Source: Nitrospinales bacterium | Lineage (GTDB): Bacteria; Nitrospinota; Nitrospinia; Nitrospinales; VA-1 | Direction: 5' to 3' | Assembly (NCBI GenBank): GCA_965262115.1 | Contig: OZ253496.1 | Span: 1,856,001-1,920,000 of the forward strand | DNA: 64,000 nucleotides | Shown: positions 30,628 to 41,500 of the stretch, piece after piece | How the letters are laid out: the number at the start of each line of letters is the position of its first letter | Position numbering within the stretch: position 1 is the first letter of the stretch | The notes under the pieces: model-generated | Seen by the model: the letters and a program-made list of their open reading frames with translations, nothing else | The model's database searches: none | What the model was told of the DNA's origin: nothing | Made by a program: the position numbers and the translations under genes

Positions 30628-32240
30628 ATGATAGACCTGCGAATCGTGTTTTCGGTGGCCCTATCCGATTCTCTGGGCTTTCTCACCCGCACAACATTTT
30701 TTGATTCCATATCCAAAAGCTGAAGCCAGTCTTCCATATTGGATTCCGCAGGAAGCAGGTTGCCTTCCTCAAATTCAGCCTCCAGTGAAACAATAAGATC
30801 GTCCACTGTCATACACAGCGTTTCACCCTGAATCGCCCGTTCAATGGATCTCTCTTTAGCGCGTTTCATGATTCCCTCAATAACCGCACCGGAAATGAAA
30901 TCGTTCCAGTACAGTTTTTTGGTGCCGCCGCTTCTTAAAGTCAACACCAGCACTTCCTGTTCCGAACTGCGGTCAAACAGGCGATCCAGAAATGGTTCGG
31001 CCATGGCGTCAAAATCTTCATGTTCACGGGGCAATCCGTCTTTCAGGTAAACACGCAGGATAGCTTTAGACTCTTCACGGTTGGGGCGCGACACTTTGAT
31101 CTTTCTGTCAATTCTGCCGGGCCGGATGACAGCCGGGTCGATCAGGTCGGGCCGGTTGGTCGCCAGAATCACTACCGTTTCGCGAAGGGATTGGATGCCA
31201 TCCATCTCCGCGCAAAACATGGGGACCACCGTGTTGCTGATGTTCGATCCGCGCCACGCCTGCCGGGTTCCCAGAATGGATTCCGCTTCATCTATAAATA
31301 TGAAAGGAATCTGACCTTTTTCTTTATAGTCCCGGGCTTTCTTAAAAATTTCACGGATTTTACGTTCCGATTCCCCCAGCCACATATTGAGGATCTCCGG
31401 TCCTTTGACATGAATAAACCGGCCCTGCAGTTCGGAATTTTCCTGCTCGGAAAGTTTGCGGATCACTTCGGTGAGAATCGCTTTTCCTATGAGAGTTTTT
31501 CCGCAACCCGGAGGACCATAAAACAAAAACCCTTTGGGCACCTGATATTCCATCTGGCTCAGAATTTCTTTGTGCAGGAGCGGATATTCGAGGACTTTGC
31601 GCACCTCTTCTTTTACTTTTTCCTGTCCGCCCACCTGTGACCATTCCACATGTTCATAATCATCTTCGACCAGAGTGCGGGACTCGCGTTTAGAAAGTTT
31701 TCCTAAAATAACCCTTTGGTTACTGTCGAGAAAAATTTCTTCCCCCTCTTTCAGCCCGGTTTCATCCAGACCCTCTCGGACCAAAACAATCGTCTCGGTA
31801 TTGCCGGTCGCCGCCTGCACCAGCCATTGCCCACCGGCAAGCTTTCCGGAAATTTTTGCTAGTGCCCCCTGAGTGGGAAAAGGTAGTAGGGCAATCACCA
31901 CAAATCCTTCATTGAGCGCGACCTGATCACCGGTTTTCAATCCCTCATTTTCCGTAAGTTCCGGGACGACCGCAGCCTGGTATTCCGTGCCTCCGGAAAC
32001 CAGACGCACCAGACCGTCCTCCCCCTGACCAAGAATCGTGCCGATGCGATGGGCGGGAGACTTTAACTTTTCAATGGCTTCCTCCAAGGTCTTGATTTTC
32101 AACGCATACTGCTGGGCAGACTGCTGGGCCTGAAACATGGCATCCCTGAGATCAAGAATTTTTTCCTGCAATTGGGGTCGATCCTGGGTTTCATTTAAAA
32201 CCTGGTCGATCAACTCTACAATATGGGTCGGGTCTCCCAT
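30624..32240 (-). CDS. arc: proteasome-associated AAA+ ATPase ARC/Mpa
   Basis: N-terminal coiled coil; GPPGCGKT, KGPEILN.W.GESE, FIDE, NRPDLIDPA..RPGR.D.KI. Confidence 0.9.
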   Translation of the reverse strand: MGDPTHIVELIDQVLNETQDRPQLQEKILDLRDAMFQAQQSAQQYALKIKTLEEAIEKLKSPAHRIGTILGQGEDGLVRLVSGGTEYQAAVVPELTENEGLKTGDQVALNEGFVVIALLPFPTQGALAKISGKLAGGQWLVQAATGNTETIVLVREGLDETGLKEGEEIFLDSNQRVILGKLSKRESRTLVEDDYEHVEWSQVGGQEKVKEEVRKVLEYPLLHKEILSQMEYQVPKGFLFYGPPGCGKTLIGKAILTEVIRKLSEQENSELQGRFIHVKGPEILNMWLGESERKIREIFKKARDYKEKGQIPFIFIDEAESILGTRQAWRGSNISNTVVPMFCAEMDGIQSLRETVVILATNRPDLIDPAVIRPGRIDRKIKVSRPNREESKAILRVYLKDGLPREHEDFDAMAEPFLDRLFDRSSEQEVLVLTLRSGGTKKLYWNDFISGAVIEGIMKRAKERSIERAIQGETLCMTVDDLIVSLEAEFEEGNLLPAESNMEDWLQLLDMESKNVVRVRKPRESDRATENTIRRSII

Positions 32241-32489
32241 GAATAAGTCCTTTATTTTGGTTGTGAACTCAATTGTATGAACAAAAAATTTTATAAATCA
32301 AGTCAATTTTCTCAAAGGTTTAGTAGAGAAAACCTTGTCATTATATTAGGATGGAAGCTTCTATTGATTATTGTCCTGAAAAACTTTCGCTCAAATTTTT
32401 CGTATTCCCACAGAGCCCGGCATAATCCCAAGTGGCACCAAGACCACCTTTAACACGAAAGTGATTTCTGACAACAAGTTTTTGATTCT

Positions 32490-33800
32490 ATGACCTTTGC
32501 GAACAACAAAACCCCTATCGAAAAATGCATCATCAGTTTCAGCCATAACAAATATTCCACCCGTAAAGAAGCCGATGCGGTGAGCCTTGCCAAGGCAGAA
32601 CGTGAAATTGCCGCTGGGAAAAATGGCATCAGCCATCTTCTTCTAAGAGCTGAGGATGACGACATTGATCGACTGAAATTTCTTTTTTTGATCCGGGGAA
32701 TTCCTATCATGTGTTACGCGCTGGGGAACCTAATGAACTCCGGCTTGCGCGAAATCGTGGTCGTCGGCTCTGAGGAAGTCAAAAAAGTTATGGACCGCTT
32801 CCTCGACATTGTTGGCACCTGCGGAAAAACCATCCGGTTTGTCCGGGAAGATACCCAACACCTCAATCTGGTCCACACCATGAATCTGGGCCGGGAGTTG
32901 CTCTCTCCTTCACCCGATGAACTGGTTCTGTTCCAACCCGGCGACCTGCCTTTCCTGTACGATTTGGAAAAAGTATTGTGCTTGCCCGACAACAAAAAAT
33001 ATAACCTGGTGCTCTGGTTGAACTCCCGACAAACGATGTTCCCGGATTTTGCAAAGAATCCGGACAGTGAATTTGTCAAACGCAATTACCATTACCGCTC
33101 TTTCAGCGAAAATGAAGCCAGCCTGCTGGATCTTAAAGAACCTAACTTATATCCCATTAACTTTGCAATGATGGATTCGGATATCATTGACCGCCTGCAC
33201 TCTTCCCGCAAGGACGGACAAATAATTCACGCGGGCATCCAAATCGCTTTGCAAAAACCCTTACGCTTACTCAAAGTTCTGCCTTATGTCATGGACCATC
33301 TGTTGACGTTCCGAATAAATGTAAACCGTATCAGACCCGGCGACCGGTATCATTTCGGCATGTCCCGAAAAAATTTCCATAAAGGTATCTCCCGCTTGCT
33401 CAATACTCCCCTGACCACCACGTTGCACGACGACCCGGCTTTCGTTTCCGATGTCGATGCATTGGAAGATTGGGAAGATTTTGAGTCTCTCACCCATCAT
33501 GCGGAAAAAACCCATGGCCAGGAGGGACTGGAGACCATCCACCCGTTTGGACAATCCCTGACCCGGTTTCGTGAAAAGGGCATGCCTCAGTTGAAAACAG
33601 AGATTCCCATGTATCGGGATTTTCCTTCCTACCTCAACTCTATTTATGAAACGCTCAAGATGGGTTATGTGCCCTTTGACAGGGACAACCAATACATCTC
33701 GCCCAACGCGAACTTGAAAGAAGTGGGGTTCGCATACCACTGGTATAAACAAAAATGTGCACGTCTGAAACAAACTCATGAGAACCGACAACAGGCCTGA
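32490..33800 (+). CDS. hypothetical protein, possible NTP-transferase (GT-A) fold
   Basis: 436 aa; KF..I.G.P...YAL......EIVVVG, GDLP and late DVD motifs. Confidence 0.55.
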   Translation: MTFANNKTPIEKCIISFSHNKYSTRKEADAVSLAKAEREIAAGKNGISHLLLRAEDDDIDRLKFLFLIRGIPIMCYALGNLMNSGLREIVVVGSEEVKKVMDRFLDIVGTCGKTIRFVREDTQHLNLVHTMNLGRELLSPSPDELVLFQPGDLPFLYDLEKVLCLPDNKKYNLVLWLNSRQTMFPDFAKNPDSEFVKRNYHYRSFSENEASLLDLKEPNLYPINFAMMDSDIIDRLHSSRKDGQIIHAGIQIALQKPLRLLKVLPYVMDHLLTFRINVNRIRPGDRYHFGMSRKNFHKGISRLLNTPLTTTLHDDPAFVSDVDALEDWEDFESLTHHAEKTHGQEGLETIHPFGQSLTRFREKGMPQLKTEIPMYRDFPSYLNSIYETLKMGYVPFDRDNQYISPNANLKEVGFAYHWYKQKCARLKQTHENRQQA

Positions 33801-33917
33801 CCGGAAAAATCACTGGCGTTATGCCGAGACCCGCTTTCTGCAAACCGAAAATAACGCTATAATACAGACTATAATTTTGCAGGGTAAAATTTAAGCACGC
33901 GGACAAACGAGCCAAAA

Positions 33918-34874
33918 ATGCCAAAATCGTGGCAGGGCAATAGTTTATTGAACCTAACCCGATTATCCGGGTTTATCCTTTTATCGGTGGGCATTCACAT
34001 AACATCGGTGATCGCCTACATGGTGATCCCCGTCGCGAAAGAAGAAGTAAAGGGACCTCCCCCTATCCGGATAAAATATATCGAACCGGAGAAACCCCTG
34101 GCCGCCAAAGGTGGCCGAATCATCGATACGCCGACGCCACCCAAAAAAATCGAGAAGCCCAAAAACAAAGATCTGCTGGCAAAATTTGACAGCCGAGCCC
34201 ATTTCAATATCAAAAAGAAAACTGCAAAAACCTATCAGCGCAAAAAAACCGTGGTGCCGAAATCGAAAGGGTCGGTGGGCAAAACAGGTGCCGCGCCCGT
34301 TCGAGAAAAGAAAGTCGCACGCAAACCGCAAAAACGTGCCGCGATTGAGCCGGGAAGAAAACTCCTGCCGGAATCAGATATTGGAAAATATAAATCCGTT
34401 ACCCGGGAAAAACCCAAACCCACGATGTCCTCCGCCAATCCCAAGGCAGGCACAGGTAGCGCCTTGGCTCTTCTGGACGGGTTTGACCCCGAACCCTTCG
34501 CATCGCTCAGCACAGAGGATCTCGAAAACATCGATGATGACGAACCGGTTTCCCTCGATACAACAGAAGTCAAATACGCTTCTTATTTCGCTAGGATCAA
34601 GCACCAGATTGAACGGGTATGGATTTATCCCACCGAAGCGGCGCAACGCGGCATCAGCGGGGATATCACTTTGACATTCAGAATTTCCAAGGACGGCAAC
34701 CTTCTGGGAGTGCGGCTGTTGGATCAATCAGGCTATGAAATTCTGGATGTGGCCGCGCTCAAAGCCGTGAAGGAAGCGGCCCCCTTTTATCCCTTCCCGG
34801 CAACCATTGACCGGGAGAGGTTATCCATCCAAGCCAATTTCGTTTACACCCCCCAATTCGAACCTGCCCACTAA
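33918..34874 (+). CDS. TonB family protein
   Basis: N-terminal S...H TM segment, Lys/Pro-rich linker, C-terminal YP..A...GISG...SG...LD.AAL.AV..A.PF. Confidence 0.85.
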   Translation: MPKSWQGNSLLNLTRLSGFILLSVGIHITSVIAYMVIPVAKEEVKGPPPIRIKYIEPEKPLAAKGGRIIDTPTPPKKIEKPKNKDLLAKFDSRAHFNIKKKTAKTYQRKKTVVPKSKGSVGKTGAAPVREKKVARKPQKRAAIEPGRKLLPESDIGKYKSVTREKPKPTMSSANPKAGTGSALALLDGFDPEPFASLSTEDLENIDDDEPVSLDTTEVKYASYFARIKHQIERVWIYPTEAAQRGISGDITLTFRISKDGNLLGVRLLDQSGYEILDVAALKAVKEAAPFYPFPATIDRERLSIQANFVYTPQFEPAH

Positions 34875-35086
34875 CCGGGCAACGCCCGGTGGTAACTAGC
34901 AATATCTCTTAAGTGCTAGCAACCGTTAACTCGGCTTAAAAAGGGACGCCATCGAACGGCACTTTAAGCCGAGAAGAAGTTTGTTTTTCAGATAGGGCTA
35001 TTGCCCATCTCCACCGGGCGGAGTACCTCCGCGGGCAGGTTGCAATGTGTTTATCTTGCGGGCAATCGTACTGGCGGCCCAACAAG

Positions 35087-37063
35087 TTATTGCTCGCTGG
35101 CCCCACGCCTAGTGGGGAAGAAATCTCGGACTTCGTCTAAGTGAGTTGTTACCGGACAAGGAGGTAGTGATGCGATGAACTGTTTTCCATACCCACGCCG
35201 CCTCATGCGGGAATCAAGAATTGAAACCACACCGGTGTCGGTCTTCTTGCGGATCAACCGGCCAAACCCCTGCTTCAATTGAAGGATCGCCCGGGGAATC
35301 TGGTAGTGCCTGAACGGGTCGATATGTTGCCGACGCAGTTCTTCAATGCGGGCTTCTGTCAACGGTTCTTTGGGAACGTCAAAGGGAAGTTTGGTAATGA
35401 TGACACTTTGCAACGCGTCACCGGGTATGTCCACTCCCTGCCAGAAGGAGTTGGTTCCGAAAATCACTGAGGGTTCCTGCTTGAACTTTTTGATCATTTG
35501 GACGGTGGGCATTTCTCCCTGACGGATGAGCTGGAACTGAAGCTCGTCCAGTCTTTCATAAACCTGATTGAGAAGCGCATAACTTGTAAACAGGATAAAT
35601 GTTTTACCGTCGGAAGCCTCTACCAGTTCCCGGCACCGGTTAGCAATACCCTCTACATAAACTCCTGTTTCATCCCCCGGTTCGGGGAGATCATCGGGAA
35701 CATAGAGCAGGGCTTGGCGGGGGTAATCGAAAGGTGCCTCCAAAGACAACTCCTCATCCGGCTGGTAACCAATACGCTCTTTAATAAAATCGAATCCTTT
35801 GGCAGTGGTCAATGTCGCCGAGGTCATGACCACCCGGTCAATTTTATCGAATACCTGCGCGTGCAGTTCTTCCGCAACATGAATGGGAACCCCGCGCAAG
35901 ACCACACGGGCAAAACGTTTTCTGGGCGTGATTTCTAACCAGTAAACATACCCGCGCATATGCTGGTTGAGAATGGCAGATAGAGCGTTATTGAACTCAA
36001 AACAACGCTCGGCGGCGGATGAAACATCAACCCGGTCTTCCTCCGAATGCAGACCCCCTTCCAAAGATTTCAAGGCCTCCCGCAGGGCTTCGAGCGGAGC
36101 ATACACACCGTTATCCAACACGGGCGGTTTGTAGAACCGTAAGACCCGGTCGTTTTTTCCATACTCTTCCAGAAGTTGATTGAAAAAAACATCGGCCGCC
36201 TGACGTGCGGACATCACCAACTTGCGAAGATGCGGCACCGAGTCGTGATCGATGCGAGTCAACAACCCTCGTTTGGTGCGTGGGTTATGCAACCGGTCGA
36301 GAAAATAGATCAAACTGGAATTTGAAATTTCAAGCCCCAGAAACTGGGTGGCCGCTTCTTCCAGATTCTGAGCCTCGTCAAAAACCACCGCATCGAAAGC
36401 CGGTAGCACCGCACCGGCGTTGGCAACGTTGGCAAAAAACAAATGATGGTTGACGATTAATAGATGGGCTCCGAACCATTTCTTGCGGGCTTTGAAATAA
36501 AAGCAGGACGAATGCGTTTCGCAATTTTTCCCCAGACACAGGTCTTTCTGCCGCCCCACCTCTTCCCACACCTGGGGAAGCACTTCAAAAGGCAGGTCAC
36601 TGCGAAACCCGGTCTCCGTCTCTCCGGCCCAGTTGAAAATTCCTTCCCATTGGTTTTCCTCATCGGGCTGGGTGAACAACCCCGCCTGCGCCGACCGTTT
36701 CAACCGCCTGAGCGACAGGTAGTTTTCGTTGCCCATGCACAAGGCATAACGAAAGGCTATTCCCAATTTGTCGCGCAGCAGGGGGATGTCGTGATTGAGG
36801 ATCTGATGTTGGAGCGTCTTGGTATAAGTGGAGATAACCACCTTCTTGTTATTTTCCACAGCCCATAAAATGGCAGGGATGAGGTAAGCCAGACTTTTAC
36901 CCGTTCCGGTACCCGCCTCGACGATCAGGTGCCGGGCATTGCCGAATGCTTCCTCCACCGCCTCCGCCATATCCATTTGTTGGCGACGGAATTCGAATCC
37001 CTCCAACCGTGAAGACAGAATGCCCTCTTTACCGAGATAGTTTTCTACCCGATTTGCTGTCAT
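35087..37063 (-). CDS. dinG: DinG/YoaA family ATP-dependent DNA helicase
   Basis: EAGTGTGKS, FDEAQ, TSATL, FWQGVD.PG, KLPF, QGFGRLIR. Confidence 0.9.
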   Translation of the reverse strand: MTANRVENYLGKEGILSSRLEGFEFRRQQMDMAEAVEEAFGNARHLIVEAGTGTGKSLAYLIPAILWAVENNKKVVISTYTKTLQHQILNHDIPLLRDKLGIAFRYALCMGNENYLSLRRLKRSAQAGLFTQPDEENQWEGIFNWAGETETGFRSDLPFEVLPQVWEEVGRQKDLCLGKNCETHSSCFYFKARKKWFGAHLLIVNHHLFFANVANAGAVLPAFDAVVFDEAQNLEEAATQFLGLEISNSSLIYFLDRLHNPRTKRGLLTRIDHDSVPHLRKLVMSARQAADVFFNQLLEEYGKNDRVLRFYKPPVLDNGVYAPLEALREALKSLEGGLHSEEDRVDVSSAAERCFEFNNALSAILNQHMRGYVYWLEITPRKRFARVVLRGVPIHVAEELHAQVFDKIDRVVMTSATLTTAKGFDFIKERIGYQPDEELSLEAPFDYPRQALLYVPDDLPEPGDETGVYVEGIANRCRELVEASDGKTFILFTSYALLNQVYERLDELQFQLIRQGEMPTVQMIKKFKQEPSVIFGTNSFWQGVDIPGDALQSVIITKLPFDVPKEPLTEARIEELRRQHIDPFRHYQIPRAILQLKQGFGRLIRKKTDTGVVSILDSRMRRRGYGKQFIASLPPCPVTTHLDEVRDFFPTRRGASEQ

Positions 37064-37212
37064 GACCGTGCATGGTACGGGCACAATTTAAAAAGCGCAA
37101 AATTATATTTGCACGCCAGCAATAAAGACGTCGATTATCTCTGGTTCAACGAGGTTGAATTATGTGGCGGACTTCCTTTATAGTAGATACAGATAACTTA
37201 ACTGGAGCCAGC

Positions 37213-37912
37213 ATGAAAACCCTTAGTATCATCCGCACACTCTTTTTTACATCCACTACTTGGGCTCAGGATGGCGATGGCGCCCAGCAGCGAAAACTGC
37301 TGCGAACCGGACAACTGGTTCTGGAAGAAATTCAGAATTCCCCCGACCAGAAAATTCCCACCGGGTTGATCGCCAAGGCCAAGGCCATTATTGTCTTTCC
37401 CACTATGTTGAAAGCGGGATTTTTTGTCGGCGCACGATACGGCAAAGGGTTTGCCTCGGTACGCGCCAAGGAATCTGGTGAATGGGGCGCTCCGGCTTTT
37501 CTTTATACCGTCGGCGGCAGTTTCGGTTTTCAATTTGGTGCAGAAGCGGTAGACCTGATCCTGCTCGTTATGACGCAAAGGGGATTGGAAGGACTGCTCA
37601 GCGAAAAGTTCACGTTGGGCGGAGACATCGCCCTGGTGGTGGGACCCGTGGGCCGCCATGCAGAAGCGGCGGTAGATGTCTTCATGCAGGGAGAAATCTA
37701 TTCCTATTCCAGAGCCAAGGGCATTTTTGGGGGGGATTTCCGTGAAAGGCACCGTCATCACCTCAGACGTCGATGCCAACCAAGCTTATTATGGAAAACC
37801 CCTAACCGCAGAGAACATTCTGCTTTCCAATCAGGCCGGGGAAATTCCTGAATCTGGAAAACAATTCATAAAAATATTCAACCATCTGGCTCCCTACAAA
37901 AAAGGAAAGTAG
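37213..37912 (+). pseudogene. lipid-binding SYLF (YSC84-like) domain protein, frameshifted at a G7 run
   Basis: KAGF..G..YG.G, GGSFGFQ.G, YSYSRAKG.FGG, continuing as ISVKG...N..YYG in another frame. G run at 37729-37735. Confidence 0.8.
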
Positions 37913-37948
37913 CAGTGCTACACTCCATCTGATTCCGGCGAACCAAAA

Positions 37949-38161
37949 CTACAGAAGTTTTTTGAACTCGGCCAAGGTCAGTCCCGCTTGGCGAACGATT
38001 GCCCTCAGGGTGCCTTTTGCCATTTCTTTATGATTAGGGATGGTTAACCTTCGGTGAGGCGGATCGGGTTTTCTCAGGATAAGATGGTGATCCAGCACAT
38101 AACCCAGTTTCTGGAAAGCCTTACAGGCTTCTTTTCCGGAAAGAACGGGAAATTGACTCAA
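37949..38161 (-). CDS. hicA: HicA family toxin (internal 4-codon deletion suspected)
   Basis: SGKE..KA..KLGY...H......TIP.H.E...GTL.AI..QAG. Confidence 0.8.
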   Translation of the reverse strand: MSQFPVLSGKEACKAFQKLGYVLDHHLILRKPDPPHRRLTIPNHKEMAKGTLRAIVRQAGLTLAEFKKLL

Positions 38162-38370
38162 ATGGGAATCTCAACAATTTCTTCTTCAATAGACGGGGGA
38201 ATCGGTTCATCGTGTTGCTTTAAACTTTCCAGATAACCCTTGACGGCATCCTGAATGTTTTCTAAGGCCTTGGAACGGGTCACTCCCTGCGAAACACAAC
38301 CCGGCAAAGACGGGCATTCCGCTACAAACACACCCTCTTCATCTTTTTCGATTAGAATTCTGAACTTCAT
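38158..38370 (-). CDS. hicB: HicB family antitoxin (short form)
   Basis: EKDEEG.FVAECPSLPGC.SQG.T...AL.NI.DA...YL. Confidence 0.88.
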   Translation of the reverse strand: MKFRILIEKDEEGVFVAECPSLPGCVSQGVTRSKALENIQDAVKGYLESLKQHDEPIPPSIEEEIVEIPI

Positions 38371-38457
38371 GACGACCAATATTTAAAAAGGGATCGCTAA
38401 ACTATAGGTAAATTCTAATCAACCAGTCCTTTAAAATCAACTGCAACCTTTGTCGCT

Positions 38458-38586
38458 ATCTCCCGAAACACGGTCGACTGCATCATCGCCGCGATCTGCA
38501 TCGAAAACAAACAGACGCTTCTACACCACGATAACGATTTTGACAAGATAGAACCCTGCACGGCTTTGAAGTGTTTTCAGGGGTGA
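38458..38586 (+). pseudogene. C-terminal remnant of a VapC/PIN toxin
   Basis: Manual translation ISRNTVDCIIAAICIENKQTLLHHDNDFDKI; no start codon or N-terminal half. Confidence 0.65.
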
Positions 38587-38624
38587 TCCCTGCTAGAGAC
38601 CAACTTACCCCATATCGAATTACA

Positions 38625-38890
38625 CTAAAAATTATTTGTTTTTTTATTAAGCAAGTCAGAGAAACCATATTTACAAATAAAAGCCGACAACAGTTTACGC
38701 TCCTGAAATAACAATTCTTGCTTACTTATATCTTTAACGGGAAATGCGCTTACATAAAGGTCTTCTCTTGAATCTCCATACTTTTCCTTATACGACTTCC
38801 CCCCAATATGGTTCCCACTATAACTATAACCGGGCTTTTGCTGAAAAGCCGCACGGTCAAAATTCCCCCATCTTCGCTTTAGATACGAAG
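38625..38890 (-). pseudogene. gene remnant truncated by IS3 (possibly a GIY-YIG-like C-terminus)
   Basis: AT-rich reading frame ...LKRRW...ERKLL..F..KYG....N abutting the IS3 IRL. No N-terminal half on the other side of the IS. Confidence 0.4.
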
Positions 38891-38955
38891 TGATCTTCCC
38901 CTGAATTGGTGGACACATCGAAAAGTGTGGATAATACACTTTTGGAGGTGTTTTT

Positions 38956-39230
38956 ATGGGAACCAAACGCAGGAGTTTCAGTAAAGAATTCAAGTTAGAA
39001 GCGGTTCGATTGGTTATTGAAGTAGGCGATAGCATTGCCCGGGTGTCCCGGGATCTGGGAATCCGTTCTGCCCTTCTGGGTCGCTGGAAACAGGAGTATG
39101 AGGAGGATCAGGGGAATGCGTTTCCCGGCAAAGGACAGCTTAAGCCGGGAGATGAGTTGCAGCAGTTGCGGCGAGAAAACGCTCGCCTTCGTATGGAGCG
39201 GGACATATTAAAAAAGGCGGCAGTTATCTT
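38956..39230 (+). pseudogene. IS3 orfA, interrupted 5 codons before its natural end
   Basis: HTH and LKKA motifs. Joining 39230 to 40481 gives VIFSKGSQ* with an ATGA overlap to orfB. Confidence 0.88.
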
Positions 39231-39286
39231 TGTGATGGCCTCTTCATTAATCTTTATGCCCGGCACGGGTACTTCATGCCCCGAAG
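39231..39286 (+). repeat. micro-element copy (39231-39271) plus the 3' half of a second copy split by IS110 (remainder at 40476-40480)
   Basis: tgtgatggcc...gcccggcacgggta followed by cttcatgccccgaag[IS110]gggta. Confidence 0.85.
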
Positions 39287-39301
39287 CAACTGTGTTAAAT
39301 G

Positions 39302-40460
<1,159 letters not shown>

Positions 40461-40495
40461 TGAACAACATACAAGGGGTACTCGAAGGGTTCCCA

Positions 40496-41359
40496 ATGAG
40501 ATATCGGTTTATACGGGATCATCGAGAAGCATTTCCGGTAAGCCCGATGTGCCGGGTTCTGGAAGTGGGACGAAGTGGGTTCTATGCCTGGCTGAGCCGC
40601 CCCGAGAGCCTGAGGAGCCGTGAGAAGCAGCGATGGGTTGATGAGATCAAAACCGTTTATAAGAAGAGTCGCCAGACTTATGGCAGTCCCAGAATTCATG
40701 AGGACTTGAAAGACAAGGGATATGCCATTGGCAGGCATCGTATTGCCTGTCTTATGCGCGAGCATGGAATCGTTGCCAAGCACAAAAGAAAGTTCAGGGT
40801 GACAACCGATTCCAAACATAATCACCCGGTGGCAAAAAACAAACTGCAACGGCGGTTTAATGTTGCTGAGCCCGGTCAATGCTGGGTTTCGGATATCACC
40901 TATATCCCGACTCAAGAGGGCTGGTTATACCTTGTGGTGACGCTGGATTTATTCCACCGTAAAGTTATTGGTTGGGCCATGGATCGTTGGATAACCCGTT
41001 GGTTGGTAATGAGAGCTTTAAATATGGCAATGAAGAACGGCGGCATGAAACCGGGATTGATTCACCATTCTGACCGGGGGGTTCAATATGCCTGCAACGA
41101 TTTTCAAGCCTTGCTCAATGTTCATGGGATAGAGTGCAGTATGAGCCGGAAGGGCGATTGCTGGGATAACGCCGTGGCGGAGAGTTTTTTCCATACTCTC
41201 AAAGTGGAACTCATTCATAACCGGAACTACAAAACCCGTCAGCAAGCAAAGAAGGATATTTTTGAATATATCGAAGTGTTTTATAATCGGCAACGCCGTC
41301 ACTAATATCTCGGCTATCTCAGCCCTGCCGAATTCGAGAAACAGGCCTATGCCTCTTAA
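40496..41359 (+). pseudogene. IS3 orfB DDE transposase with premature stop
   Basis: [30 protein letters not shown] at 41303-41305 interrupts RRH*YLGYLSPAEFE. Confidence 0.9.
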
Positions 41360-41416
41360 CTAACTGTCCACTAAAACAGGGGAAGTTCAGAGTTTAGGTT
41401 TCGGCGGTCGCGTGCG

Positions 41417-41456
41417 TGTGATATTCCCAACATTAACTTCATGCCCTGAAAGGGTA
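41417..41456 (+). repeat. ~40-bp micro-element copy
   Basis: tgtgatattcccaacattaacttcatgccctgaaagggta. Confidence 0.8.
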
Positions 41457-41500
41457 TCTCCGCCCCATTGCCACCGCCGCGCTGGCCCTGCGCCGAGCAG

